A stretch of DNA of 64,000 nt from Candidatus Latescibacterota bacterium (GTDB lineage: Bacteria; Latescibacterota; UBA2968; GCA-2709665). The stretch is from assembly GCA_965226795.1 (NCBI GenBank), contig CBDDDZ010000003.1, positions 160,001 through 224,000 on the forward strand, given 5' to 3'. A model generated the notes under the pieces. It did no database searches and was not told the DNA's origin. It saw only the letters and a list, made by a program, of their open reading frames with translations. A program made the position numbers and the translations under genes. Shown one piece after another: positions 10,173 through 19,995 of the stretch. Every line of letters starts with the position of its first letter. The first letter of the stretch is position 1.

Positions 10173-11510
10173 ATGCCTGAAGAATATAAAATCATTACCG
10201 AACTCTTCGGCGTCGAAGGCCTCCGGAATATCGACGTCTACAGGGCCCATGGCGGATATACAGCCATTGAGAAGGCCTTTGGGATGTCGCAGGACGAGGT
10301 AATTGACGAAGTGAGGGAGGCGTCGCTGGCCGGACGGGGAGGCGCCTGGTTCCCGGCCGGAGTAAAATGGGGGTTCATGCCGAAAGAACCCCGGGAGCCC
10401 AGTTATCTTTGTGTGAATGCCGACGAGAGCGAGCCGGGCACCTTCAAGGACAGGCATCTGATGGAGCAGAATCCCCATCAGCTTATTGAGGGTGCCATCA
10501 TCGCGTCGTATGCGATGCGGGTGAGCGTGGCATACGTCTATATCCGTGGCGAAATGTTCGAGGCCAGGACGATCATGGAACGGGCAATTGCCGAGGCGCG
10601 GGAGGCAGGATACATCGGCCGGGACATTCTGGGATCCGGCTACGATCTGGAGGTCTACACCCATCCCGGCGCCGGAGCATATATCTGCGGTGAGGAAATG
10701 GGCCTTATCCAGTCCGTTAACGGCAACCGCGCCGAGCCGCGCGCAAAACCGCCGTTTCCCGCCCAGCAGGGTGTTTTCGATCGGCCTACCACGGTGAACA
10801 ACGTGCAGACGCTGTCTTACGTACCCCACATCCTGAATCGGGGGGCGGACTGGTTCAAAGGAATCGGCAGCGAACGGTTTCCAGGTACGTTCATTTTCTG
10901 CGTCAGCGGGCATGTGAATAATCCGGGCATGTTCGAACTGGAAACCGGTTCCGTCACCATGCGCCAGATTGTGGAGGATCTCGCGGGCGGGGTGCGCGAC
11001 GGGCACCAGTTGAAAGCGGTGATTCCGGGCGGAGCGTCAACGCCGCCGATGACACCCGACCAGATCGATATCGTGATGGATCCGTCTAATTTCCTGGCGC
11101 CGGGCGGGGGTGACTTCCAGGGGATGTTCGGCACGGGCGGGATCATCGTGATGGACGAAACAACGTGCATGGTAGATGCGTTGTTGAATTTTATGGTCTT
11201 TTTCGCTCACGAGTCCTGCGGTCAATGCACGCCTTGCCGTGAGGGATGCCCCTGGGCGCGGGATATTGTGTCGCGTATTGAGAATGGTCTGGCGAAACCG
11301 GACGACCTGGATACTTTGCTTGACGTCGCTCATAACGTCGGGCCGTTTTTGTGCCCGCCTTCGAGGCTGACAACCATATGCGGCTTCGGCGGGGCCTTTG
11401 CGAATCCGATCCACGGATTTGTTCAAACGTTCCGTGGCGAGTTCGAGGCCCACATCGAAGAGGGACGATGCCCCATTCACCAGGATAAATCCATACGGGT
11501 TCCGGGGTAA
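10173..11510 (+). CDS. nuoF: NADH:quinone oxidoreductase subunit F
   Basis: NADESEPGTFKDR, GAGAYICGEE, N3 ligands ESCGQCTPCREG...TTIC. Confidence 0.96.
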   Translation: MPEEYKIITELFGVEGLRNIDVYRAHGGYTAIEKAFGMSQDEVIDEVREASLAGRGGAWFPAGVKWGFMPKEPREPSYLCVNADESEPGTFKDRHLMEQNPHQLIEGAIIASYAMRVSVAYVYIRGEMFEARTIMERAIAEAREAGYIGRDILGSGYDLEVYTHPGAGAYICGEEMGLIQSVNGNRAEPRAKPPFPAQQGVFDRPTTVNNVQTLSYVPHILNRGADWFKGIGSERFPGTFIFCVSGHVNNPGMFELETGSVTMRQIVEDLAGGVRDGHQLKAVIPGGASTPPMTPDQIDIVMDPSNFLAPGGGDFQGMFGTGGIIVMDETTCMVDALLNFMVFFAHESCGQCTPCREGCPWARDIVSRIENGLAKPDDLDTLLDVAHNVGPFLCPPSRLTTICGFGGAFANPIHGFVQTFRGEFEAHIEEGRCPIHQDKSIRVPG

Positions 11511-11516
11511 ATAAGG

Positions 11517-13133
11517 ATGGCGACATTTATTATCGATGGCAGTGAAATGGAGATCGTTCCGGGAAAGAACGTGCTTCAAACGGCGATCGATAACGGAGTT
11601 TACGTTCCCTATTATTGCTACCACCCGGGGCTCAGTGCACCCGCAAACTGCCGTATGTGCCTTGTAGAGATGGACGTAGGTGGGCGGCGCAGCCTGGGGC
11701 CTTCCTGTTCGGCCATGCCGGCGGAAGGTATGGTTGTGGATACGCGGTCCGACGTCGTAAAGGATAACCAGCGTGCCGTGATGGAATTCCTGCTGGTAAA
11801 TCATCCGCTGGACTGTCCGGTATGTGATCAGGCCGGTGAGTGCGAACTGCAGGACTACAGCTATACGTATGGATCCGATAGAAGCCGATTCCACGAGAAG
11901 AAGCTGGTGCAGCCCAAAAAAGACATCGGCAACCACGTGTTGTTGTACTCCGACCGGTGCATCCGATGTACGCGCTGTATCCGGTTCTGCGACGAGATTT
12001 CGGGCACCGGCGAACTGGGGTATTTCAATCGGGGAGTCTATAACGAAATCGACGTGTTTCCCGGGGCCCGGATGGACAATCGCCTGTCGGGCAATACCGT
12101 GGATATCTGCCCGGTAGGTGCGTTGCTGGATAAGTCGTTTCTTTTCAAGCAGCGCGTATGGTTCCTGAAGTCGGTCGACACGATCTGCCCGGGATGCAGC
12201 ACGGGGTGCAATATCAGGGCCGATTATAACAATGAACGGATCTACCGTTTGGTGCCGCGTCAGAATCCGGACGTGAACGAGTACTGGATGTGCGACGACG
12301 GTCGCCATGGGTGGGGTTATGTACACGGAGACGACCGCCTGCTGTTTCCCATGGTGGGGCGTGGCGACGAGCAGGAACTTGCGTTGTGGGAGGTCGCGCT
12401 TAACGCGGCGAAAGAGGGCTTCGAGCGCGTACGGACGGAACACGGCGCCGGGGCCGTGGCGGGGATTGCGTCGGCTCATCTGACCAACGAAGAGCATTAC
12501 CTGTTCGGCAGCCTTTTCCGGAGCGGGCTGGCGGGCGGTCCCGTTGCCCTTCGTACCAGGGTCAGCGGCGAGGGCGACGTGGTGTTCAAGGGCGGATTCA
12601 CCATTCACGCGGATAAGTCACCGAATTCTCGCGGCGCGCGGACCGTTTTGGAAGGCATCGGGCTATCTCTGACCGAGACCTCCGAAATTTGGCGGGACGT
12701 GGCGGAGGGACGGATCAAGGGTCTCTATCTCCTGGGTGGCGATCCTCTGGAGTCGATGTCGGACGAGGAACTCAAGGCCCTCGGAGCCCTGGATTTTCTG
12801 GTCGTTCAGGATGTCCTGACGCATCGTTGGATGGAGATGGCGGACGTGATCCTGCCGGGCGCGGCATTTATAGAAAAGGACGGCACGTTTACCAACGTCG
12901 ATGGACGGGTGCAGCGTGTCCGCCGGGGGCTGGCGCCTGTAGGGGATGCCCGTGCGGATTGGGAGATCCTGCGAGACGTCATTCAGGCCATGGGCGGCGA
13001 CGCCGCGCAGACGCGGGTTGAGGAGGTCATGGCCGACATGGCGGGCACCGTTGCGGCTTTCGAGGGGATAAACGATGATGACGAGGGCGATCAGAGCAGA
13101 CCGCTCCTTGGAATCCAGGCGGCCGAGGCGTAG
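11517..13133 (+). CDS. nuoG: NADH:quinone oxidoreductase subunit G (short form)
   Basis: CYHP..CRMC (N1b), HPLDCPVCDQAGEC (N5), CIRCTRC..CP (N4), CPGCSTGC..C (N7). Confidence 0.93.
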   Translation: MATFIIDGSEMEIVPGKNVLQTAIDNGVYVPYYCYHPGLSAPANCRMCLVEMDVGGRRSLGPSCSAMPAEGMVVDTRSDVVKDNQRAVMEFLLVNHPLDCPVCDQAGECELQDYSYTYGSDRSRFHEKKLVQPKKDIGNHVLLYSDRCIRCTRCIRFCDEISGTGELGYFNRGVYNEIDVFPGARMDNRLSGNTVDICPVGALLDKSFLFKQRVWFLKSVDTICPGCSTGCNIRADYNNERIYRLVPRQNPDVNEYWMCDDGRHGWGYVHGDDRLLFPMVGRGDEQELALWEVALNAAKEGFERVRTEHGAGAVAGIASAHLTNEEHYLFGSLFRSGLAGGPVALRTRVSGEGDVVFKGGFTIHADKSPNSRGARTVLEGIGLSLTETSEIWRDVAEGRIKGLYLLGGDPLESMSDEELKALGALDFLVVQDVLTHRWMEMADVILPGAAFIEKDGTFTNVDGRVQRVRRGLAPVGDARADWEILRDVIQAMGGDAAQTRVEEVMADMAGTVAAFEGINDDDEGDQSRPLLGIQAAEA

Positions 13134-13141
13134 GCGCACTT

Positions 13142-14182
13142 ATGGATCATGTGATTGAGAGTGCCATCAAAATAGTGGTGGTGTTCGCCGGGCTTCTGGG
13201 CGGGGTTGCGTATCTCACACTGGCCGAGCGAAAGATCAGCGCTTATATCCAGAACCGTCTGGGTCCAAACCGGGTGGGACCGTGGGGGTTGCTTCAGCCG
13301 CTCGCCGACGGCCTCAAGTTCCTGTTCAAAGAAGATGTGATTCCCCGGCATGTGAACCGCTTCGTCTATCTGGCCGCGCCGCCCGCGATTCTCGTCCCCG
13401 CGTTGATGGGTTTTGCCATCGTACCGTTCGGCGATACCATTACGCTTTGGGGCCGGGAGGTCCGCCTGCAGATCGTGGATCTGAACATTGGCATTCTTTA
13501 CCTTCTCGCGCTGTCGTCTCTGGGTGTCTATGGCGTGGTGCTGGGTGGCTGGGCGTCCAACAACAAGTATGCCCTGCTGGGCGGGTTGCGTGCGTGCGCT
13601 CAGATGATCAGCTACGAGTTGGCGCTGGGGCTGTCGCTGGTTGGCGTACTGATGGCCGCGGGTACGCTGCAACTGGATGAAATCGTCAGACAGCAGTCGG
13701 AGCAGACCCTGTTCGGTTTTTTGCCGCGATGGAATGTATTTACGCAACCTCTTGGGTTCATGTTGTTTACCGTGGCTACGTTCGCCGAGACCAACCGCCT
13801 TCCGTTTGATCTTCCGGAATCGGAACAGGAACTGGTGGCCGGATATCACGCCGAGTACAGCAGTATGAAGTTCGCCATGTTCTTTATGGCCGAGTACGCC
13901 CACATGATAACGGCGTCCGCCGTCATAGCCACATTGTTCTTCGGCGGCTGGCATATGCCCTGGCTGGTGGATCCCGAGAGTTCCTCGATCGGCGCCAGTC
14001 TGCTCAAAATGCTCGCATTTCTGGTTAAGACCGGATTCTTCATGTTCCTGTTCCTGTGGGTGCGCTGGACCCTTCCGCGCTTTCGATACGATCAGGTGAT
14101 GTGGTTGGGGTGGAAGGTGCTGCTGCCGCTGGCGCTTCTGAACGTCTTCTTAACCGGGCTGTATCTGACGCTTGCGAGCTGA
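13142..14182 (+). CDS. nuoH: NADH:quinone oxidoreductase subunit H
   Basis: ERKISAYIQNRLGPNRVG, QPLADGLK, AETNRLPFDLPE, TLPRFRYDQ. Confidence 0.97.
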   Translation: MDHVIESAIKIVVVFAGLLGGVAYLTLAERKISAYIQNRLGPNRVGPWGLLQPLADGLKFLFKEDVIPRHVNRFVYLAAPPAILVPALMGFAIVPFGDTITLWGREVRLQIVDLNIGILYLLALSSLGVYGVVLGGWASNNKYALLGGLRACAQMISYELALGLSLVGVLMAAGTLQLDEIVRQQSEQTLFGFLPRWNVFTQPLGFMLFTVATFAETNRLPFDLPESEQELVAGYHAEYSSMKFAMFFMAEYAHMITASAVIATLFFGGWHMPWLVDPESSSIGASLLKMLAFLVKTGFFMFLFLWVRWTLPRFRYDQVMWLGWKVLLPLALLNVFLTGLYLTLAS

Positions 14183-14368
14183 GTGTCCCGTCCCAGAAAT
14201 ATGTCACTATCCATCCGCCGATTCATCCCGTCTCGCTGCGTTGCTTGCGCTGAGCTTGTCGAAGTGCCATCACTCGCCGACCTTGCCCAGGTCGCCTCGC
14301 TCGAGGCGCCTTGCGAGCTGGGCGACTCGGCGGCCGAATTTTGGCGATCTATTTCCGGGACAGAACAC
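14183..14368 (+). mobile_element. MITE-like non-autonomous element, copy 1, flanked by a TGA direct repeat
   Basis: Terminal inverted repeats GTGTCCCGTCCCAGAAATA / TATTTCCGGGACAGAACAC; TGA on both sides (14180-14182 and 14369-14371); homologous to 60591-60803. Confidence 0.8.
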
Positions 14369-14393
14369 TGAGCGGCGCCCTGCTGGAGGGAGA

Positions 14394-14921
14394 ATGGAGC
14401 AGACCTTCTTTTTTGTTTTTGCCGCAATCGCCCTGGTTGCGGCTGTGCTCCTCGTCGCGTTTCGAAATCCGGTTTACAGCGCCCTGTCACTTGTGGCTAC
14501 GTTCTTTGCCCTGGCAGGGCTTTTTGTTTTGCTGAATGCCTATTTCCTGGCGGCGGTTCAGGTGATTGTGTATGCCGGCGCAATTATGGTACTCTTCCTG
14601 TTTGTCATTATGCTTCTGAACCTGGGCCATTCCAACGGGCTCGAACGCGTCGCGGGTAAATATCGCCGGGGCGCCGTGGTGTTACTGGCGGCGGTACTGG
14701 TTGCGCAACTGGGCTTCATGGCAGGACGGCGTTGGGCCGGCACGCCGGTATCCGAAGAAATCCCTCTGTTTACGGACAACATAAACGCTATCGGTAAACT
14801 GTTATATACCAGGTTTCTGTTTCCTTTCGAGGTGGTTTCCGTGATTCTGCTGGTGGCTCTGATCGGCGTGATGGTAATGGTGAAACGGGATCGTGAAGGC
14901 GAAAAAGACCAGCCACGTTAG
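14394..14921 (+). CDS. nuoJ: NADH:quinone oxidoreductase subunit J
   Basis: NPVYSAL, QVIVYAGAIMVLFLFVIMLL, FPFEVVS; ATG after GGAGG. Confidence 0.95.
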   Translation: MEQTFFFVFAAIALVAAVLLVAFRNPVYSALSLVATFFALAGLFVLLNAYFLAAVQVIVYAGAIMVLFLFVIMLLNLGHSNGLERVAGKYRRGAVVLLAAVLVAQLGFMAGRRWAGTPVSEEIPLFTDNINAIGKLLYTRFLFPFEVVSVILLVALIGVMVMVKRDREGEKDQPR

Positions 14922-15008
14922 GCGCTACAGTAATTCCAGGCGCAGTCTACCCGTCCGGTTTTCGTTTGCGAGATGAATTCGGGATGGGTCCTTAACAATG
15001 AGATCGAG

Positions 15009-15314
15009 ATGGCCGTTCCGGTTTCCTATTACCTGATTCTGAGCGCGATGCTGTTCGCAATCGGTGTGACGGGCGTGCTGATACGTCGCAATGCGATCGT
15101 GATCTTCATGTGTATCGAATTGATGCTGAACGCGGTTAATCTGTTGTTCGTGACAATGGCGCGGTATATGGGGTCGGGTTCAGGCCAGGTATTCGTGTTT
15201 TTCGTGATGGCGGTGTCCGCTGCCGAAGTGGCGGTCGGGCTGGCGATAATTATTGCGCTATACAGGAACAGACAGACATTGGATGTGGGCAAGGTGAATC
15301 TCCTGAAATGGTAG
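15009..15314 (+). CDS. nuoK: NADH:quinone oxidoreductase subunit K
   Basis: [26 protein letters not shown]. Confidence 0.96.
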   Translation: MAVPVSYYLILSAMLFAIGVTGVLIRRNAIVIFMCIELMLNAVNLLFVTMARYMGSGSGQVFVFFVMAVSAAEVAVGLAIIIALYRNRQTLDVGKVNLLKW

Positions 15315-15374
15315 GCGCCGTGAGATCTCTTTACTGCAATCCCCTTCTTTCTGTTTGAACTGAGTGGGCATACA

Positions 15375-17234
15375 ATGTTGACCCTGGTCATTCTGATTAT
15401 TCTCCTTCCGCTCGCCGGTGCGGCCGTTAACGGATTGTTCGGGTATCGGCTGCGAGAGGCGTCCGGGTATATCGGTTCCGCGGCGGTGGGGCTCTCGTGG
15501 GTGCTGTCGCTGCGCGTTCTGTTCTGGGTGATTGGCGGCGGTGGATTGAACGAAAACGTGTACGCCTGGATATGGGCGGGGTCGTTCAGGGCTGCGGTGG
15601 GGTTCCAGGTCGATGCGCTGTCGGCAATCATGATTGTGACGGTTACGACAATCTCATTCCTGATCCATATCTATTCTTTCGGATATATGCGCAACGACCC
15701 GGGTTTCGCCAGGTTCTTCGCCTATCTGAACCTGTTTGTGTTCTCGATGCTGGTGCTGGTGCTCGCGAACAATTATCTGCTGATGTTCGTGGGATGGGAA
15801 GGCGTTGGGTTATGTTCGTATCTCCTGATCGGATTCTGGTACGAGCGCAAGTCCGCTTCCGATGCCGGCAAGAAGGCGTTTATTGTGAACCGGATCGGGG
15901 ATTTCGGTTTCCTGCTTGGCATTTTTCTGATGGTTAGTTACCTGGGCACTGTGCAGTACACTGAGGTATTCGAGAAGGCGCCCCTGATGTTGTCCACCGG
16001 AGTCGCTACGGCGATCGCGCTTCTGCTTTTTGTGGGGGCCTGCGGCAAGTCGGCGCAGTTTCCGCTTTATGTCTGGCTGCCCGATGCAATGGAAGGCCCA
16101 ACGCCGGTGAGTTCTTTGATCCATGCGGCCACGATGGTCACGGCGGGGGTCTATATGGTGGCGCGCTCGAATGTGCTTTATACGCTCGCGCCCACCGCCG
16201 GCGCCGTGGTGGCCTGGGTCGGCGTTGTCACGGTGTTGCTGGCCGCGACCATCGCACTGGTGAATACCGACATCAAAAGGGTTCTGGCCTATTCAACGGT
16301 CAGCCAGCTGGGGTACATGTTCATTGGAGTGGGGGTGGGCGCATATACGGCCGGAATTTTCCACCTGTTTACGCATGCGTTTTTCAAGGGATTGATGTTT
16401 CTGGCCGCGGGCAGTGTGATGCACGCGATGCAGGACGAGCTGGATATGCGGAAGATGGGCGGGCTGCTGGGCAAGATGCGGCTGACTGGCGTCACATTCT
16501 GGATAGGCGCACTCGCCATCGCGGGAATTCCGCCGCTGTCCGGATTCTGGAGTAAGGATGAAATCCTGGCGAGTGCGTACCGCTCCGGGAATGTGGCGAT
16601 CTGGTCTCTTGGCGTCGCGGGGGCGGCCCTGACGGCGTTTTATATGTTCCGGCTGATCTTTATGACCTTCCACGGACAACCACGGAATAAACATCTTTAC
16701 GACCATGCTCACGAATCGCCGTTGAACATGACTGCGCCGCTTGTGGTACTGGCGCTGGGTTCGGCCGTGGTGGGTTTCGTGGGCGTTCCGCCGGGGCATG
16801 GTTGGATAGACGCGTTTTTGAGCGATGCGGCTGGAGGGGCACACCATACGGCATCCGGCGGATTGTCCGGTGGCGTGTTGATGGGTATTTCCATCATCGC
16901 GGGTTTGCTGGGAATCGGGTTCGCGTACCGGATGCACAGGGCGGGTCGGCTGGGAGCGGAGTCCTCGAATTCCCTTCATGGGTTGCTGATTCGCAAGTGG
17001 TACGTAGACGAGATTTACCACGCCCTCGTCGTGCGTCCGATTCATCGGCTTTCGCTGACATTGTCGAGTGTTCTTGATGCGATCGTGGTGGATGGTATCG
17101 CAAACGGACTGGGGTTGCTGGTGAAGGCCGCGGGCTGGGTCGTTACCCGCTTTCAGTCGGGCAATGCGCCCACATATGCGCTTTGGATGGTGCTTGGCGT
17201 GGTTTCGGTACTTTACTATGTGTCAGGGAATTGA
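15375..17234 (+). CDS. nuoL: NADH:quinone oxidoreductase subunit L
   Basis: WEGVGLCSYLLIGF, GKSAQFPL..WLPDAMEGPTPVS, HAATMVTAG, FWSKDEI; C-terminal lateral helix region. Confidence 0.96.
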   Translation: MLTLVILIILLPLAGAAVNGLFGYRLREASGYIGSAAVGLSWVLSLRVLFWVIGGGGLNENVYAWIWAGSFRAAVGFQVDALSAIMIVTVTTISFLIHIYSFGYMRNDPGFARFFAYLNLFVFSMLVLVLANNYLLMFVGWEGVGLCSYLLIGFWYERKSASDAGKKAFIVNRIGDFGFLLGIFLMVSYLGTVQYTEVFEKAPLMLSTGVATAIALLLFVGACGKSAQFPLYVWLPDAMEGPTPVSSLIHAATMVTAGVYMVARSNVLYTLAPTAGAVVAWVGVVTVLLAATIALVNTDIKRVLAYSTVSQLGYMFIGVGVGAYTAGIFHLFTHAFFKGLMFLAAGSVMHAMQDELDMRKMGGLLGKMRLTGVTFWIGALAIAGIPPLSGFWSKDEILASAYRSGNVAIWSLGVAGAALTAFYMFRLIFMTFHGQPRNKHLYDHAHESPLNMTAPLVVLALGSAVVGFVGVPPGHGWIDAFLSDAAGGAHHTASGGLSGGVLMGISIIAGLLGIGFAYRMHRAGRLGAESSNSLHGLLIRKWYVDEIYHALVVRPIHRLSLTLSSVLDAIVVDGIANGLGLLVKAAGWVVTRFQSGNAPTYALWMVLGVVSVLYYVSGN

Positions 17235-17327
17235 GCGCGCCCGCGTCGCGAGAAGAGATTCTTCATCGCGGTTTCCGCGAAACCCTGTGTGCGACCTTTA
17301 AATAGCCACAAATAAGGAACTAAACCT

Positions 17328-18848
17328 ATGCCTGGACTCCTTACAGGCTTGATTTTTATACCGCTGATCGGCGGCGTGTTGGTTCTGCTTTTAGGTCGCG
17401 GCCGAGACGGGTTCAGCCGCGGGTTCGCTCTGGCGGTGGCATTGGTGAATTTGCTGCTGTCCGTTTTGTTATATGTCAATTTCAAAGCGGGCACGCCGGG
17501 GATGCAGTTTGTAGAAAAGAAGGAGTGGGTGGGGTCGTTTGGCATCTCCTACTTCGTGGGAATCGACGGAATCAGTCTGTTGCTGGTACTGGTGACCACC
17601 CTGCTTACGTTTCTGGCGATGCTCGCTTCCTGGACGTCAATCACCTCCCGGGTACGGGAGTATATGGCCGCGATGCTTCTGCTGGAAACCGGTATGATCG
17701 GGGTGTTCTGCGCCCTGGATCTGTTCCTCTTCTACGTGTTCTGGGAGGCCATGCTGGTTCCGATGTATCTGTTGATCGGCGTCTGGGGCGGTGAACGCCG
17801 GATCTATGCGGCGGTGAAATTCGTGCTGTTTACCCTGGCTGGCAGTCTGTTGATGCTCGTAGCGATTGTCTATCTGGGTCTGCAGTTTGGCACCTTTGAC
17901 CTCATGGTTCTTCAGAAGATGACCTTTCTTCACCCGGAACAGCACTGGCTCTTCCTGGCGTTTTTCCTGAGTTTCGCCATTAAGGTACCGCTGTTTCCAC
18001 TTCATACCTGGTTGCCGGACGCGCACGTGGAAGCGCCAACGGCGGGCAGCGTGATCCTTGCGGGCGTACTGCTTAAGATGGGTACCTACGGGTTGATTCG
18101 ATTCTGCCTGCCAATGTTCCCATTGGCTGCGTTGTACTTCACTCCCTACATAATGGTACTGTCTGTGATCGGCATCGTATACGGAGCACTCGTGGCTATG
18201 GTACAGACGGATATCAAGAAACTGGTGGCTTATTCGAGCGTGAGCCATCTGGGTTTCGTGGTCCTGGGCATTTTTTCGATGAACACTCAGGGAATGCAGG
18301 GTGGAATTATTCAGATGGTGAACCACGGGCTGTCAACGGGGGCACTGTTCTTGATTGTGGGGATGATATACGAACGCCGGCATACACGGCTGATTGCCGA
18401 TTTTGGCGGCCTGGCCAAATCCATTCCGGTATTCGCCACGTTTTTTTTGATTACGACGCTTTCGTCCATCGGACTGCCGGGGCTGAACGGGTTCGTGGGT
18501 GAGTTCCTGATCCTTCTGGGAGCGTTCAAGGCAAGTATGGTATTCGGCATCATTGCCGCTTCGGGTGTCGTCCTGGCGGCCGTGTATATGTTGTGGATGT
18601 TCCAACGCGTGGTATGGGGCGAGGTAAAAGATGAAAGAAATCGGAACCTGCCGGACCTATCCATACGGGAGTGGTTCATTTTGACGCCGCTGGTGATACT
18701 GATGTTCTGGATCGGCGTGTACCCGGGCGCGTTATTGAAAAAAACCGAATTGTCGGCGAAACAGGTGATAGAACAGGTGCGTATTCGGCAAATTGAAAGC
18801 TTAACCGATATCCTGGCGACGGATCGTTCACGCGAGAGATTCAGATAA
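17328..18848 (+). CDS. nuoM: NADH:quinone oxidoreductase subunit M
   Basis: FWEAMLVP, KVPLFPLHTWLPDAHVEAPT, LLKMG, FVGEF. Confidence 0.96.
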   Translation: MPGLLTGLIFIPLIGGVLVLLLGRGRDGFSRGFALAVALVNLLLSVLLYVNFKAGTPGMQFVEKKEWVGSFGISYFVGIDGISLLLVLVTTLLTFLAMLASWTSITSRVREYMAAMLLLETGMIGVFCALDLFLFYVFWEAMLVPMYLLIGVWGGERRIYAAVKFVLFTLAGSLLMLVAIVYLGLQFGTFDLMVLQKMTFLHPEQHWLFLAFFLSFAIKVPLFPLHTWLPDAHVEAPTAGSVILAGVLLKMGTYGLIRFCLPMFPLAALYFTPYIMVLSVIGIVYGALVAMVQTDIKKLVAYSSVSHLGFVVLGIFSMNTQGMQGGIIQMVNHGLSTGALFLIVGMIYERRHTRLIADFGGLAKSIPVFATFFLITTLSSIGLPGLNGFVGEFLILLGAFKASMVFGIIAASGVVLAAVYMLWMFQRVVWGEVKDERNRNLPDLSIREWFILTPLVILMFWIGVYPGALLKKTELSAKQVIEQVRIRQIESLTDILATDRSRERFR

Positions 18849-18908
18849 ATCGATCCGGACATCAGACGTGTTCGGCCATTGCCCGGCACGGGCCGGAGGA
18901 GACGGGGT

Positions 18909-19394
18909 TTGAGAATTCTGCTAAGTCTGGGTGTTGTGTTGTTCGGCGTCTGGCTGCTCTGGTCTGGGCATTATTCCATCGACCATACGCTGGTTCTCGT
19001 GTTTGGAATCGTCTCATGCCTGGCGGTTGTCGCCATTGTCCGGCGTATGGGCATCGTCGATTCCGAGGGACATCCGATTCACCTGGCAGGTCGGGCGCTC
19101 CGATATGCCCCGTGGTTGCTGCTTGCCATTCTCCGGTCCAATGTTGATGTGGTTTTACGAATACTGAATCCACGACTGCCCATCAGCCCCACCCTGATTC
19201 GCATCAGGGCAAGCCAGAAAACTGCGCTCGGGAAGGTCATTTACGCCAACTCCATTACACTGACTCCCGGGACGGTTTCGGTGGAGGTGGAAGACGACCT
19301 GATTCTTGTTCACGCGCTCTCGCAGGAAAGCGCCCGGGAACTCGTGGACGGCGAGATGGATCGCCGTGTCTCGGCAATGGAGGGAGCTTCCTGA
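18909..19394 (+). CDS. mrpE: Mrp/Mnh antiporter subunit E
   Basis: ANSITLTPGT signature; TTG start after GGAGGA. Confidence 0.92.
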   Translation: MRILLSLGVVLFGVWLLWSGHYSIDHTLVLVFGIVSCLAVVAIVRRMGIVDSEGHPIHLAGRALRYAPWLLLAILRSNVDVVLRILNPRLPISPTLIRIRASQKTALGKVIYANSITLTPGTVSVEVEDDLILVHALSQESARELVDGEMDRRVSAMEGAS

Positions 19395-19681
19395 TGTTTG
19401 CGGCGGCAATGGCGGCAATCCTGATAACGATGGTTCTGGCTCTGGTTCGAGCGTTCGCGGGTCCAACGGTTTACGACCGCATTCTGGCCGCAAATATGAT
19501 CGGCACCAAGATGATACTCCTGATTGCGGTGCTGGGTTTTCTCACCGGTCGGCCAGATTTTCTCGACCTGGCGCTGATCTACGTCCTGTTGAACTTCATC
19601 GGGACATTTGCTGTACTCAAGTACGTTCAATACGGCAGTTTTGGTTCGGCAGACGGCGAGAGCGGAGAACCCCCCAAGTGA
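19394..19681 (+). CDS. mrpF: Mrp/Mnh antiporter subunit F
   Basis: GPTVYDRILA, DLALIY; three hydrophobic segments. Confidence 0.92.
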   Translation: MFAAAMAAILITMVLALVRAFAGPTVYDRILAANMIGTKMILLIAVLGFLTGRPDFLDLALIYVLLNFIGTFAVLKYVQYGSFGSADGESGEPPK

Positions 19682-19995
19682 TGGTTCACGATGTCGCGAG
19701 TTGGGCTTGTTTGCTCCTGGGGTCGTTCTTATGTATCGTGGGCGGCGTCGGGCTGATCAGACTTCCCGATTTTTACAGCCGGATGCACGGCGCCGGAATT
19801 ACTGATACGTTCGGCGCCGGGCTTGTGCTTGTGGGGCTGATGGTACAGGGCGGACTCAGCATGGTCACCGTCAAGCTGTTTCTGATCCTCCTGCTTCTCT
19901 TTCTGACCAGTCCGGCATCGACCCACGCGGTCGCAAAGGCCGCCTTCACCTCCGGGTTGAAGCCACTGCTTCAGAAGGACAACCACCGACAATGA
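19678..19995 (+). CDS. mrpG: Mrp/Mnh antiporter subunit G
   Basis: GLIRLPDFYSRMHG, TSPASTHAVAKAA. Confidence 0.92.
   Translation: MMVHDVASWACLLLGSFLCIVGGVGLIRLPDFYSRMHGAGITDTFGAGLVLVGLMVQGGLSMVTVKLFLILLLLFLTSPASTHAVAKAAFTSGLKPLLQKDNHRQ

Noticed and set aside
9648..12608. Long minus-strand ORFs (452 and 523 aa) and similar antisense ORFs at 45894-47546, 50219-51676 and 61731-63410
   Set aside because: Shadow ORFs opposite well-supported genes in GC-rich DNA, with no recognisable motifs
14183..14368. Idea that the MITE replaced or deleted nuoI
   Set aside because: The element is flanked by a clean TGA duplication, and removing it leaves a normal short nuoH-nuoJ spacer with an RBS, so nuoI was already absent
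14172..14393. N-terminal extension of NuoJ in the ORF track
   Set aside because: It is read-through of MITE sequence; ATG 14394 has a GGAGG RBS
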